Shown: positions 19,016 through 29,287 of the stretch, in pieces | Position numbering within the stretch: position 1 is the stretch's first letter | Layout of the letters: the number at the start of each line of letters is the position of its first letter | Virus record (IMG/VR): IMGVR_UViG_3300010883_027406 | Coordinates: 1-64,000 of that record | Origin: an uncultured virus (IMG/VR IMGVR_UViG_3300010883_027406) | Lineage: Duplodnaviria > Heunggongvirae > Uroviricota > Caudoviricetes | Strand: one strand, 5' to 3' | Length of the DNA: 64,000 nt | Position numbers and translations under genes: made by a program | Notes under the pieces: generated by a model | The model's input: the letters and a program-made list of their open reading frames with translations, nothing else | Databases searched by the model: none | Told to the model about the DNA's origin: nothing

Positions 19016-20145
19016 TCTCCTGTCGATCCTGTTGGTTTGTCCTCTTCGATTCCTGTGAGTTTATAGACATTAAATCCTTCCCATAGAGTTCCTAACCATT
19101 CCCCTTGTTTGGTTTTTGTAAATTGTCCAAGGGGAATGCCGCACTCATCAACTAACATTAGTTCTTTTAATTCTTTATTGTACATCCAATTGCAAAACCA
19201 TGTATTTATTGCTGACATTCTTTCGGCACTTGGTGTGGCTGTCATCCTGGCAGAATATTCGTCATTAAATTTTAATTCATTTGAGTTTAAGTCTAATGTT
19301 CCGATTTCAAATGGTGCGGTGTATCCCATCCCTAGCAGTCCTGATTGTTGTATTACTTTATGCTTCATGTGTGGTGGATTATCATATGCTTTTAATTTTT
19401 CTCTCATAAAGCTATACGAAGCTTCATTTTTATCATAAGCAACTTCATGTACGTGATGTATGTCTCCTCCAAAGCACGACAATCTACATACCTTAGCTTC
19501 TCTGTCTAACCAGGGGACATCCCGTGGACGTTCTCCGGCAATGTGTGCGCCACATCCAAAACATCTGTCGCACACCTCTACTGGGTAGCTTGCCCTGCTT
19601 TCAAATATTGTTTTTGATTCTTTATTTGATAATATTTTATTCATCGTTGCATGAGAAACTACACAGCATTCGTGTTCATGTCTTATTTCTTCTATTACGT
19701 TTGGGGGGTATTTTAAATCTGCTAATATTTTTCTTTCAATGATACCATCCCAGAGGTGGTGCAAATATGTTGTAAAATAATTACTTTTGGACACGTCGAA
19801 TTTTGATAGTTCAGCCATAAGACCTTCAATGTTTGTAATACTATCATCGTCTATTCTCATGTACCAATCTGCATTTAACTCATTTGGATCTTGCTTTGCA
19901 AAGAAATTATATATTTTCGAGGCAGGATGGTCGTTGAAATGCCGCACAGTGGTTATGTCTATATTTTCGGCCCATCCCTCTTTTATATCTGGTATTTGTT
20001 CCGTTCCAGTTAAGAGGATCAACTTTATTTTTACATTTTCGGAGTTTAAAAGACCATACTTTTTGAAGTGAAACAATCTTCCGCCAAATATTCCCTTGCC
20101 GGAAATTGGCATTAATACTTCTAAATCATATTTGTTTTTTGGCAT
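19009..20145 (-). CDS. putative glycosyltransferase (GT31/Fringe-like)
   Basis: ADWYMRIDDDS...L...L pattern. Confidence 0.55.
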   Translation of the reverse strand: MPKNKYDLEVLMPISGKGIFGGRLFHFKKYGLLNSENVKIKLILLTGTEQIPDIKEGWAENIDITTVRHFNDHPASKIYNFFAKQDPNELNADWYMRIDDDSITNIEGLMAELSKFDVSKSNYFTTYLHHLWDGIIERKILADLKYPPNVIEEIRHEHECCVVSHATMNKILSNKESKTIFESRASYPVEVCDRCFGCGAHIAGERPRDVPWLDREAKVCRLSCFGGDIHHVHEVAYDKNEASYSFMREKLKAYDNPPHMKHKVIQQSGLLGMGYTAPFEIGTLDLNSNELKFNDEYSARMTATPSAERMSAINTWFCNWMYNKELKELMLVDECGIPLGQFTKTKQGEWLGTLWEGFNVYKLTGIEEDKPTGSTGDQ

Positions 20146-20159
20146 TTCATTTCTTTCTA

Positions 20160-20936
20160 TTATGTTTGTTTTAGGAAATATCCGTATTGAGTTCCTATTT
20201 TAATTAATTCTTTTTTTATGCTTGGGTGGAAGTCATTTAATTGGATTTTTATATCTTTCCTTTTTCTTGAATTTCTTTTTGTATTATCATAATAGGATTT
20301 ATTTTTTGTGTTTAAAAAATTCATTAAAACTTCTGGAGATTTTTCTACTTGTACAAATAAATCTATTTTATTGGATTTTTCTATCATTCTGTTCCATTCA
20401 ATATAATACACTGCCCCTCGATCTATTGGGTTTAATTTTTTTGAGAGGAGAGGTAGGTTTTTATATATGAATTGTTGAGGTGCGTCTATTGCATCGCTCT
20501 TTGTGGGAGCGGAAGTTTTATGAAAATAATTAAAGTCTTCCACAAAGGACGATATGACGTTTAAGGGGTGCCGGACAACATGGATTATTTTTGTGTTTTT
20601 TAATAGATTATGATTTAAAAATGGTGCTGAAAAGTAACTAGAATCTGCGATGATTTCTGATTCTTCAACCCATGGCGGGTGTTTAGCAGGCTTTCCCTTG
20701 GTATCTCTTGATGGCTGCATTGACACTTTGCTGAGTTGTGGTTTGATTCTTTTTGTTATTACTTTTTCAAATGTTTTTTCTACATGAGAAGCTTCTTTTG
20801 AGTTTTCTGGCATTTGAAAGAAGCTTTCGTGTCCGCATGGAATTCCTAGACTGGTCAGCAGTTCGGCCATATAGACGGTTCCACATCGCCCTGTTCCGGT
20901 TACTAAAAAATCAAGTTTTTGTTTATCGGTTTTCAT
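20160..20936 (-). CDS. sulfotransferase-like protein
   Basis: VTGTGRCGT 5'-PSB-like loop, CGHE, IIHVVRHP...ISS. Confidence 0.75.
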   Translation of the reverse strand: MKTDKQKLDFLVTGTGRCGTVYMAELLTSLGIPCGHESFFQMPENSKEASHVEKTFEKVITKRIKPQLSKVSMQPSRDTKGKPAKHPPWVEESEIIADSSYFSAPFLNHNLLKNTKIIHVVRHPLNVISSFVEDFNYFHKTSAPTKSDAIDAPQQFIYKNLPLLSKKLNPIDRGAVYYIEWNRMIEKSNKIDLFVQVEKSPEVLMNFLNTKNKSYYDNTKRNSRKRKDIKIQLNDFHPSIKKELIKIGTQYGYFLKQT

Positions 20937-20959
20937 AAGTAGCTTTCTCTCTTTAGTAT

Positions 20960-21235
20960 ATGACTAAGAAGTACTCCAAAAAAATGATTAAAAAGCTCTT
21001 TGATGGGAAATGTTATTTTTGTGAGGAAGATGATTATGACCTTCTTGACACACATAGAATTGTGCCAGGATCTGAGGGAGGGAGATATACTCGCCACAAC
21101 TCGCTCACAGTTTGTTGCAAATGCCATAGGAAAATACATAGTGATAAGATAAAAATTGTTGGCAAGCACTTTTCTACAACTGGGCAACATGTTTTGAATT
21201 TTATTGATGAAAATGATGTTGAGAGATGGAAGTAG
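20960..21235 (+). CDS. HNH endonuclease
   Basis: CYFC...HRI.P...GG.Y...N...CCKCHRKIH. Confidence 0.8.
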   Translation: MTKKYSKKMIKKLFDGKCYFCEEDDYDLLDTHRIVPGSEGGRYTRHNSLTVCCKCHRKIHSDKIKIVGKHFSTTGQHVLNFIDENDVERWK

Positions 21236-21236
21236 T

Positions 21237-21428
21237 ATGAAGTCTTATACTTTGCACAATAAAGATTTAGGAATTAATTTAGAACACCCCAGTGTTGGTT
21301 TGTGGTTTACTACTGATATTAATGAGGCAAATGAAATGCTTGAAGCTTGCCATGAATACTTAGTTTCTATAAACGCTTCTGAAATGACTGAAAACTTTAT
21401 AATAGTTGAAGTAGAAACTGAAAAATAA
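21237..21428 (+). CDS. hypothetical protein
   Basis: Starts 1 nt after the HNH stop (MKSYTLHN...). Confidence 0.6.
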   Translation: MKSYTLHNKDLGINLEHPSVGLWFTTDINEANEMLEACHEYLVSINASEMTENFIIVEVETEK

Positions 21429-21459
21429 GTAAAAATCTAATTGCTTTCTATAATAAGGC

Positions 21460-22086
21460 ATGGTTACTTCGACTGGAAAGGGTTTGAATGTTCTGATTAG
21501 GGCTGAATATTCTTTTTCTTCAAATTGGATGTCTTTTGGAAGTTGGTATTCTGTTCAAAAGAATTTACCTGATGCCAATGTTGCGATTGTTTGCGATGGG
21601 GTTTCTGAGTTGAATAATATCAGCGGTTGTTTTGTGTGGACTGGTAAGTTTGGCGTAAATGTTTTTAAGTGTGAGAATTTTGATGATTTTTTTATTAAGT
21701 TGTTCGATAGAAAGAATTGTAACTTATTTGATCTTCCTCTTTTGATTTTAGATAAGGGGGTTATAGTTGTAGACGAACTTTCTAGTTCTGTTTTAGATTG
21801 TTTTAATGAGGAAAACATTTTGTCTGATGATTTTGTTATGTTTTTAAAAGATAAAAGTTTGAAAAAAGATTTTTTAAATAGAAAATTTAAAGATTTTAGG
21901 TTTTCCGCAGATGTGGAAAGCGATGTGGATTCTTGTTTCGTTTCTTTTGGAGAAAATTTTGTTCCGCACGAATGGATACATAGTAATAAAGTAGGGTTTT
22001 ATGAAGATGTTTGCCCCAGCAACTTTAATGAAACGAAAGTTTGGGACATTTGGAGCCAAGCAAGAGGGGCCTTCTCGGTTGTTTAG
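21460..22086 (+). CDS. hypothetical protein
   Basis: 208 aa; TATAAT shortly before ATG. Confidence 0.65.
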   Translation: MVTSTGKGLNVLIRAEYSFSSNWMSFGSWYSVQKNLPDANVAIVCDGVSELNNISGCFVWTGKFGVNVFKCENFDDFFIKLFDRKNCNLFDLPLLILDKGVIVVDELSSSVLDCFNEENILSDDFVMFLKDKSLKKDFLNRKFKDFRFSADVESDVDSCFVSFGENFVPHEWIHSNKVGFYEDVCPSNFNETKVWDIWSQARGAFSVV

Positions 22087-22091
22087 GATAA

Positions 22092-22382
22092 ATGATGCGT
22101 AATTTTTTTAACGATTTTGACAATGATAATGACGAAGATGAATTGGAGTTTTTTATCCCACAAGGAGAAGAAGGCATTCCTTTAGATAGGTTGGTTGTGG
22201 ACTTGTTTCAAAATGGTTTAGATACTTATAATTTGAAGATGCTGGAGTTATCTGTTGAAATATCCAGCAAGTCGTTTTTCTGGAGATTTAAATCTGTAGA
22301 AAAAAAGCTTAAAATGATTATCACGATTTACAAAAGTTTAAGTTTTATCATGAATGAGGATTCTATTGAGAATGAGGAGTAA
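22092..22382 (+). CDS. hypothetical protein
   Basis: 96 aa; AGGA RBS. Confidence 0.6.
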   Translation: MMRNFFNDFDNDNDEDELEFFIPQGEEGIPLDRLVVDLFQNGLDTYNLKMLELSVEISSKSFFWRFKSVEKKLKMIITIYKSLSFIMNEDSIENEE

Positions 22383-22384
22383 TA

Positions 22385-22714
22385 ATGCCACTTTATGAAT
22401 TTAAGTGTGACAAGTGTGATGTTGTTTATGAAGAGTTGACTAGTTATGATAAAACGGAAAAGTATGATGGAATTTCGTGCCCGGATTGTGGTTCTAAAAG
22501 TAAAATAAAATTAATTTCTGGTTGCGGAGTCGCTTTTGGCAATCCTAAGGACACCAGCAAGTGGGATAGTCGTTCTTATCGTGCTGGCCACAATCATGAG
22601 CGGGCAAAGGGCGAGCGAAGACACGCAGAGGCTAACTCTCATATGGGCACCAATCCTTATGGAAAGTCAGGAGATAATCTTAATGTTAGCGGTAGCGAAC
22701 ACATTGATCTTTAA
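22385..22714 (+). CDS. FmdB-family zinc-ribbon protein
   Basis: MPLYEFKCDKC...CPDCGS...KLIS. Confidence 0.85.
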   Translation: MPLYEFKCDKCDVVYEELTSYDKTEKYDGISCPDCGSKSKIKLISGCGVAFGNPKDTSKWDSRSYRAGHNHERAKGERRHAEANSHMGTNPYGKSGDNLNVSGSEHIDL

Positions 22715-22732
22715 AATGATTGATTTTCAGTA

Positions 22733-22761
22733 TTGATTATTAATTAAATTGAAAATATACT
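22733..22761 (+). promoter_or_regulatory. sigma70-like promoter of the prkA operon
   Basis: TTGATT-N17-TATACT. Confidence 0.55.
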
Positions 22762-22801
22762 TATTAAATTGTCGTGGATTTGTTTTTAAAAGGAACTCCT
22801 A

Positions 22802-24898
22802 ATGCCATCGAAAACGGTTAAAAATTCAAAATTGGATAAAGTTGCGAAGAGCTTTGATATAGAAGAATTTAAGGTTCTTCATGAAGAGATGACTTTTTCT
22901 GAATATCTAGAAAAGATACATGAAAATCCACTTCTCATTAGAACAGCATATCAAAGATTGTATGATATGATCATGGAGAAGGGATTCACGGAGTTTGAGC
23001 GGTATAGAAAAAAGCTTAATCGTTATCATTTTTTTGAAAATGAAAAAATTCCTATTTTTGGGTTAGAAGAAACACTTGATAACTTTGTTAAATTTGTCAG
23101 AGGGGCCGCAGGCGGGTACGGGACTGAAAAACGTGTTTTATTGTTTCATGGGCCTGTGGGATCTGCTAAGTCTACTATTTGCCGAGCGATAAAAACAGGT
23201 TTAGAGGCATACTCCAAAACGGACGCTGGTGCGTGGTATTCATATAAGTGGATTAATTTGCCTACTGGACAAGATGGAATTTATACGCATGACGAAGACG
23301 ACTGTCCGATGCACGAAGATCCCATCAAGCTTATCCCTGATAAAATAAGGTCTAAAGTTGTTGAAGATCTCAATGTGATTTTAAGAGAAAATTGTCCTGA
23401 AGATAAGAGATCGACTTTATATTCTTTAAAATGTGATGGGAATCTTAATCCACGGTGCAAACTGTTTCTTGCCGAGATGCTGGACAGATATGATGGAGAT
23501 TGGAAAAAAGTTGTTAACGAACACATTGTTGTCGTTAGAAAAGTATATTCCGAGGCGGATCGTATGGGAATTGCAACTTTTCAGCCTAAAGACGAAAAAA
23601 ATCAGGATGCAACTGAATTGACTGGTGATATTAATTATGCCAAGTTGCCTCACTTCGGATCTGATTCTGATCCTAGAGCATTTAATTTTGATGGCGAGTT
23701 TTGTGTGGGTAATCGAGGTGTTGTTGAATTTATAGAGATGCTTAAGTTGGCGCAAGAGTTTCTTTATGATTTGTTGGGGGCATCACAAGAACGTCAGATT
23801 AAACCCAAGAAGTTTGCCCAAATATCTGTTGACACGGTTTTAATAGGTCATACTAACAACCCAGAATACGAGAAGCTTAAGAGCAATCAGTATATGGAAG
23901 CTTTGAGAGATAGAACATATAAAATTGATGTGCCTTATCTTCTTAAGTGGTCTGAAGAGGTTAAGGTTTTAGAGCAGGATTATGGTGAGGGTCAGGTGCA
24001 GCAGCATGTTGCTCCTCATACTTTGGAGATTGCGGCTCTTTGGGCAGTTTTGACCAGATTGCATGAAGATAAAGATGGAAAATTATCTTTGGTTGATAAA
24101 GCTAAACTTTACGATGGCCGAGCTTTGCCAGGGTGGACTGATGATTCTGTTAAAGAGCTTAGAGATAAATATCCTGGTGAGGGCATGAGTGGTGGCGTTA
24201 GTGCAAGATACGTTCAAGACAAAGTTTCTAATTGCTTGAGTGATAATCATGCCTATATAAATCCATTTATGGTTCTTAACGAGCTTAAAGCTGGGCTAGA
24301 TCATTCTTCCTTGTTTACCAACAAAGAAGATGTTGCAAGGTATTTGAGTGCTGTGGATTTGACGATTAAGGAATATGACGAAATTGTTAAATCGGAGGTT
24401 CAAAAGGCTTTGGTTGGAGACGAAGATTCAGTTATTAGACTTTGCTCTAATTACATTGATAACGTGATGGCTTACATCAATAAGTCTAAGGTTAAAAATC
24501 CGTATACGGGACAAGACCAAGAGGCAGATGAAAGATTGATGAGAAGTATAGAAGAAAAAATTGATGTCCCTGAACAAGCGGCAGATGATTTCAGACGTTC
24601 GTTGGCAGCTTTTATTGGCGATTTGGCTCATAAGGGGAAAGAATTCCAATGGGATTCTAATCCTCAATTAAAGAAGGCTCTTGAGGCCAAATTGTTTGAA
24701 GATACTAAAGATCACATTAAGCTTTCTGCTCTTAATGTAAAGGGGGCAACGGTGGTGGATCAAGATCTTCAAGATAAGATAGATGCTATTAAGACGAGAC
24801 TTGTTAAGCAGTGTGGATATAATGATCAATCGGCTACTGATGTGTTAGATTATGTTGGTAGCATATTTGCTCGTGGCGACTTGGCCGGAAACGAATAA
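22802..24898 (+). CDS. prkA: PrkA/YeaG-family AAA+ ATPase (annotated as serine kinase)
   Basis: FHGPVGSAKST Walker A, FQPKDEKNQDATELTG, SDPRAFNFDGE, NRG.VEFIEMLK, MEALRDR, HVAPHTLE. Confidence 0.93.
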   Translation: MPSKTVKNSKLDKVAKSFDIEEFKVLHEEMTFSEYLEKIHENPLLIRTAYQRLYDMIMEKGFTEFERYRKKLNRYHFFENEKIPIFGLEETLDNFVKFVRGAAGGYGTEKRVLLFHGPVGSAKSTICRAIKTGLEAYSKTDAGAWYSYKWINLPTGQDGIYTHDEDDCPMHEDPIKLIPDKIRSKVVEDLNVILRENCPEDKRSTLYSLKCDGNLNPRCKLFLAEMLDRYDGDWKKVVNEHIVVVRKVYSEADRMGIATFQPKDEKNQDATELTGDINYAKLPHFGSDSDPRAFNFDGEFCVGNRGVVEFIEMLKLAQEFLYDLLGASQERQIKPKKFAQISVDTVLIGHTNNPEYEKLKSNQYMEALRDRTYKIDVPYLLKWSEEVKVLEQDYGEGQVQQHVAPHTLEIAALWAVLTRLHEDKDGKLSLVDKAKLYDGRALPGWTDDSVKELRDKYPGEGMSGGVSARYVQDKVSNCLSDNHAYINPFMVLNELKAGLDHSSLFTNKEDVARYLSAVDLTIKEYDEIVKSEVQKALVGDEDSVIRLCSNYIDNVMAYINKSKVKNPYTGQDQEADERLMRSIEEKIDVPEQAADDFRRSLAAFIGDLAHKGKEFQWDSNPQLKKALEAKLFEDTKDHIKLSALNVKGATVVDQDLQDKIDAIKTRLVKQCGYNDQSATDVLDYVGSIFARGDLAGNE

Positions 24899-24912
24899 AA
24901 AGGAGCATTGTC

Positions 24913-26139
24913 ATGCCACGTCGAATCGAATCTGATCATAAAGACTTTAGGGACGTTGTCTCTGGCCGTATAAGAAAATCTCTTAAAAAGTATATTAATA
25001 CGGGCAAGGTTTTTAGAAGAAGATCTAAAAACGGAAAAGTAACAATATCCATTCCTAGAATTGATATTCCTAGACTTGTTTTTGGAGACAATGGGGATGG
25101 GGTAGGTCGTGGCGAAGGAAAGGAAGGGGACGTTGTAGGCAGAGACCCGCAAAAAGGCAAAGGGAATAAGGCGGGAGATCAAGAAGGAGAAGGGATATTA
25201 ATTAATTTAGATCTGGAGGATGTCCTTTATTTCTTGCAGGACGAATTAAAGCTTCCTAACATTAAACCCAAGCCTAATGAAACTTTTCAAGAAGTTAAAC
25301 TAAAATATAACAATATTGCTTTGACCGGACCTGAGTCTCTTCGTCATAATCGTCGAACTATGTTGCAGGCGTTAAAGCGAATGGCCGCAGGCGGCGAGTT
25401 AGACAAATTGCATTATATACCTGGGTATTCTGACCCGGTGCGATTAATCACTCCAATCAATTCTGACCGTCGTTATAAGCAATATACTGAGATTAAAGTT
25501 CCTGCTAGCAATGCTGTGATTTTCTTTGCTAGAGATGGTTCGGCTTCAATGGATCAATATAAATGTGATATTGTTTCTGATATGTCTTGGTGGATTGATG
25601 CTTGGATTAGACATTTTTATGAAAGAGTGGAAAGATGTTATATTTGGCATGACACAGTGGCCCAAGAGGTAGACGAGGAAACATTTTATAGATATCGTTA
25701 TGGTGGTGGGACAAAGTGTTCTTCTGCCATGAAACTTATTGGTAAGCAATTTGAGAATAGATTTCCTCCCAACAAATGGAACATCTATGTGATATATTTT
25801 ACTGACGGAGAAAATTGGCAAGAAGACAATGCTTCGTTTATAAAGTCCATACAGGATTTAACTAATGGTGGGGATGTTAATTTTGTGGGAATCTCACAGG
25901 TGATGGCTTATAACTATGAACAAAGTTTAAAAAATACCGTAGACGAATCTTTATCAAAAGGCGTTCTTGATAAAGATCTGGTGAGGACGACAGATATCTC
26001 TCCTGCTGATGGGTTATCGGCTCTTAGTGACGATGAGCGAGACGAGGCTATTAAAAATTCTATTATAGATTTGCTGGGTGATGCATCGAAACCTGTTGCA
26101 AAGCCTGTTGCTGTTGATCCATCTGCTGGGGGAATTTAA
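24913..26139 (+). CDS. yeaH: YeaH/YhbH (DUF444) vWA-like protein
   Basis: IPRIDIPR, GVGRGEG, L.LPNIKPK, DGSASM MIDAS, GGGT.CSSA, WNIY, TDGEN. Confidence 0.9.
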   Translation: MPRRIESDHKDFRDVVSGRIRKSLKKYINTGKVFRRRSKNGKVTISIPRIDIPRLVFGDNGDGVGRGEGKEGDVVGRDPQKGKGNKAGDQEGEGILINLDLEDVLYFLQDELKLPNIKPKPNETFQEVKLKYNNIALTGPESLRHNRRTMLQALKRMAAGGELDKLHYIPGYSDPVRLITPINSDRRYKQYTEIKVPASNAVIFFARDGSASMDQYKCDIVSDMSWWIDAWIRHFYERVERCYIWHDTVAQEVDEETFYRYRYGGGTKCSSAMKLIGKQFENRFPPNKWNIYVIYFTDGENWQEDNASFIKSIQDLTNGGDVNFVGISQVMAYNYEQSLKNTVDESLSKGVLDKDLVRTTDISPADGLSALSDDERDEAIKNSIIDLLGDASKPVAKPVAVDPSAGGI

Positions 26140-27740
26140 TGAGCAAGTTTATGCATGGTTCCTCGGTTTTATTGGGGAACAATACTATTCCAGGTGTTTC
26201 AATACCTGCGGAGTTAGAAGTTCTTATCCCTACGATATTGCAGGAATGTCGAGATTTTGGATTAGACTTTTATCCTACTGTGGTTCAAATGCTCACTTAT
26301 GACGAGATGAGCGAAATTGCTAGCTATGGAGGATTTCCTGTTAGGTATCCTCATTGGAAATGGGGAATGGAATACGAGGAGTTGCAGCGTGGTTATGAAT
26401 ATGGGATGCATCGGATATATGAACTTGTCATTAACACATCTCCATGTTACTTATATTGTTTGAATTCCAATACTTTAGTTGACAACATCACTGTTATCGC
26501 CCATGCGACTGGGCATAATGACTTTTTTAAGAATAATATATTCTTTGCTCCCACTAGTCAAAATATGATGAATCGTTTGGCAAACAATGGAACACGCATT
26601 AGAAGATATATGAATCGTTGGGGGAAAGAAAAAGTTACTGAATTCATTGATCATGTGCTTAGATTGGATACGTTGGTCGATCCTGTTAATGCTTGGTCTA
26701 AAAAAGAAATTAAAGATCCTGTAATTAGAGATTCAAGAGTATACAATCACCCTAAACGGTTAAAAGTCGAACATGGTTATATGGAGCCATGGGTTAATAC
26801 CGAGAAATGGATTTCCCGCCAGCATGAGGATATTCAAAGAGGAGAGACAGCCGCAGAGTTAGGGCTGTTCACAGAGCCGCAGAGAGACATCTTGGGGTAT
26901 TTAAGAGATTATGCTCCTTTAAAACCCTGGCAGGCTGATATAGTCGCTATGTTGTATGAGGAAGCTATGTATTTTGCCCCTCAAAGGGCGACAAAGGTTT
27001 TGAATGAAGGTTGGGCGAGTACGATTGATTTTGAAATTATGGCCAAGAGAGGCTTTGTGGGATTGGGCCAAGCAACTCATGATTGTGGAATTATTGATTA
27101 TGCTCGGCATAAAACTGGAGTGTTGGGCGGAAAATATAGCATGAACCCTTATAAGTTAGGGTTTTATCTTTTCATGGATATTGAAGAAAGATGGAATAAG
27201 GGGAGATTCGGAGCCGATTACGAAAATTGTCAGAATATGAAGCAAAAGGAAAATTGGGATGAAGGTGTTGGATTAGGCAAAGACAAAATGTTTGAGGTAA
27301 GAAAGTATTATGATGATGTAAATGCTATTATGGAATTTTTTACGGAAGACTTTTGTAATAAATATGAGTTTTTTGAATGGGAAAAATTTCCTAATGGGGA
27401 ATACAAGATAAAGAGTCGTGATCATAAATCTATTAAATCTAAATTAGTTCGCCGCCACTTAAACGGCGGATTGCCAGCGATACAATTAGTTGATCCTAAT
27501 TATCAAAACAAACGACGGTTTTTACTCCAGCATCAGTGGGATGGTCGGGAGCTTTATCTTCCATATGTTAAGGCCACATTAACATCCATTTATGCTTTGT
27601 GGCAAAGTGATATATTATTAGCTACTAGGAATCGAGACAACGAGGAGATTGTTTATTTTTGTAATGGCGTTAATGAAGAGGATGTTTTTGTGCTTACTAG
27701 AGAAGAGTGCGAGGGATTATCGTCTGAGTTGGAAGAATAG
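26139..27740 (+). CDS. spoVR: SpoVR/YcgB-family protein
   Basis: GLDFYP, GFPVRYPHWKWG, IYELVIN, AHATGHNDFFKNN, TKVLNEGWAS, NPYKLG. Confidence 0.92.
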   Translation: MSKFMHGSSVLLGNNTIPGVSIPAELEVLIPTILQECRDFGLDFYPTVVQMLTYDEMSEIASYGGFPVRYPHWKWGMEYEELQRGYEYGMHRIYELVINTSPCYLYCLNSNTLVDNITVIAHATGHNDFFKNNIFFAPTSQNMMNRLANNGTRIRRYMNRWGKEKVTEFIDHVLRLDTLVDPVNAWSKKEIKDPVIRDSRVYNHPKRLKVEHGYMEPWVNTEKWISRQHEDIQRGETAAELGLFTEPQRDILGYLRDYAPLKPWQADIVAMLYEEAMYFAPQRATKVLNEGWASTIDFEIMAKRGFVGLGQATHDCGIIDYARHKTGVLGGKYSMNPYKLGFYLFMDIEERWNKGRFGADYENCQNMKQKENWDEGVGLGKDKMFEVRKYYDDVNAIMEFFTEDFCNKYEFFEWEKFPNGEYKIKSRDHKSIKSKLVRRHLNGGLPAIQLVDPNYQNKRRFLLQHQWDGRELYLPYVKATLTSIYALWQSDILLATRNRDNEEIVYFCNGVNEEDVFVLTREECEGLSSELEE

Positions 27741-27867
27741 TGTGATTTCATAACTTCTTTCATTACTAACGCCTTATAATTGTTTTTTTAATTATTTTTT
27801 ATTCAATTTTTGATACATTATCGAAAATTAAATTTGGTTATCTAAGGTAATTGAGGATGATTATCTG

Positions 27868-28554
27868 ATGGTCTATAAGAAAGACGACAAGACTAAAAAG
27901 CCGGACATAACGCAAACTCTTAGTGATGTTCATGCCCATTGTGTTAATTTGCATAGTAGGGAAATATATTTACATCCTAGGTACTCTGACGATGAAGGTG
28001 GCATCGAATATAAGATGGCCACAACCTTCATAAAAAATCTTCATTTGTTGAACCATGGAAGTAGAAAAAATATTTTGGTTCACATGCAAACGGATGGTGG
28101 CTCTTGGGCAGATGGAATGGCAATGTTTAATGCCATCAAATTCTCCAAGTCGCCGGTAACAATTCTTGCCTACGCTCAGGCGTCATCAATGAGCGGAATA
28201 TTATTACAGGCAGCGGACAAAAGAGTTTTAATGCCTGATTGTTATTATATGATTCATCATGGATCAGTTTATATTGATGATAATTCCATGGCTGCAAGTT
28301 CGGCGGTCGAGGTTAATAATAGCCAGTGTAAAAGGATGTTGCAAATATTTTCTGAAAGAGCTATAAATGGAGAGCATTTTAAGGATTCGTCTGAACCTCA
28401 AGTTACAAAATTTATAGATAAAAAAATTAAGGAAAATAGTGATTGGTATTTAGCTCCTGATGATGCTGTTTATTATGGTTTTGCTGACGGAGTTTTGGGG
28501 GACGATGGAGTGGAAACATTAGAAAAAATAAGGATTGGTAGAAAAATAAAATAA
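27868..28554 (+). CDS. clpP: ClpP-family protease subunit
   Basis: REIYL, TDGG, ASSM (catalytic Ser), MIHH (His), DWYL...AVYYGFAD (Asp). Confidence 0.85.
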   Translation: MVYKKDDKTKKPDITQTLSDVHAHCVNLHSREIYLHPRYSDDEGGIEYKMATTFIKNLHLLNHGSRKNILVHMQTDGGSWADGMAMFNAIKFSKSPVTILAYAQASSMSGILLQAADKRVLMPDCYYMIHHGSVYIDDNSMAASSAVEVNNSQCKRMLQIFSERAINGEHFKDSSEPQVTKFIDKKIKENSDWYLAPDDAVYYGFADGVLGDDGVETLEKIRIGRKIK

Positions 28555-29115
28555 ATGTCAAAAACAAAAATTCCTATTAACGAAAAACCTCCCCATGAAC
28601 GAGTTAAAGTTGGGAAGAAGAATGAAAAGAGAGTTATAAATTGTCTCAACAAGCATCATAATTGGAATCTTGAGGAGGCAACAAGAGAAGAAGACAGAAT
28701 AGAAAAAGTGGATTGTTATGAGGTTTCAAAAACGGGCAAGAGATTAGCTGCCCAAGTGAAAACTCGTGTTAGTGGAGATGATATATTAGTTGATATTTTT
28801 GAGCCTTATTACGGTATAGATGATGATAGAACCAAAAAAGGCCGTGATACATGTAGAGATTATGATCTTTATATTTGCCTTTCTAAGGACGGCAAAACTA
28901 TAAGAGTTGTTAATGGGAAGGCTCTTAAAAGAATGCTTAGAAAGTTGGCTAATAAATGGAAGAGTGAAAACTGCCGACTTCCATTTACGTTTGATAATGA
29001 TTGTGAATTTAAATGGCACAGAGACAGGTGGAGTGGCGTTCCTAAATTGTTATGCTTCATTCCTCCTGAAGTTTTTAAAACCGGCACAGAGATTACTTTT
29101 TTTGACATGAAGTGA
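28555..29115 (+). CDS. hypothetical protein, possible PD-(D/E)xK nuclease
   Basis: G...E, ED...KVD, QVKTR pattern. Confidence 0.5.
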   Translation: MSKTKIPINEKPPHERVKVGKKNEKRVINCLNKHHNWNLEEATREEDRIEKVDCYEVSKTGKRLAAQVKTRVSGDDILVDIFEPYYGIDDDRTKKGRDTCRDYDLYICLSKDGKTIRVVNGKALKRMLRKLANKWKSENCRLPFTFDNDCEFKWHRDRWSGVPKLLCFIPPEVFKTGTEITFFDMK

Positions 29116-29119
29116 AATT

Positions 29120-29275
29120 ATGGATATCAATAAATTTTTGTTCTCTCCTTGGACAATGATTCGGGTTAACAAGGAAACGTTTTTTAAACAGCACCCAATG
29201 AATGATGAGACTAGTTTTGTTTTAATTGAATCTCGTAGTTATATTTACACTCAAAAAGAACAGCTTTTAAAGTAA
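29120..29275 (+). CDS. 51-aa hypothetical protein (absent from the ORF track)
   Basis: MDINKFLFSPWTMIRV...QLLK fills the gap before dnaE-N. Confidence 0.45.
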   Translation: MDINKFLFSPWTMIRVNKETFFKQHPMNDETSFVLIESRSYIYTQKEQLLK

Positions 29276-29287
29276 GAAGTTTGATCT

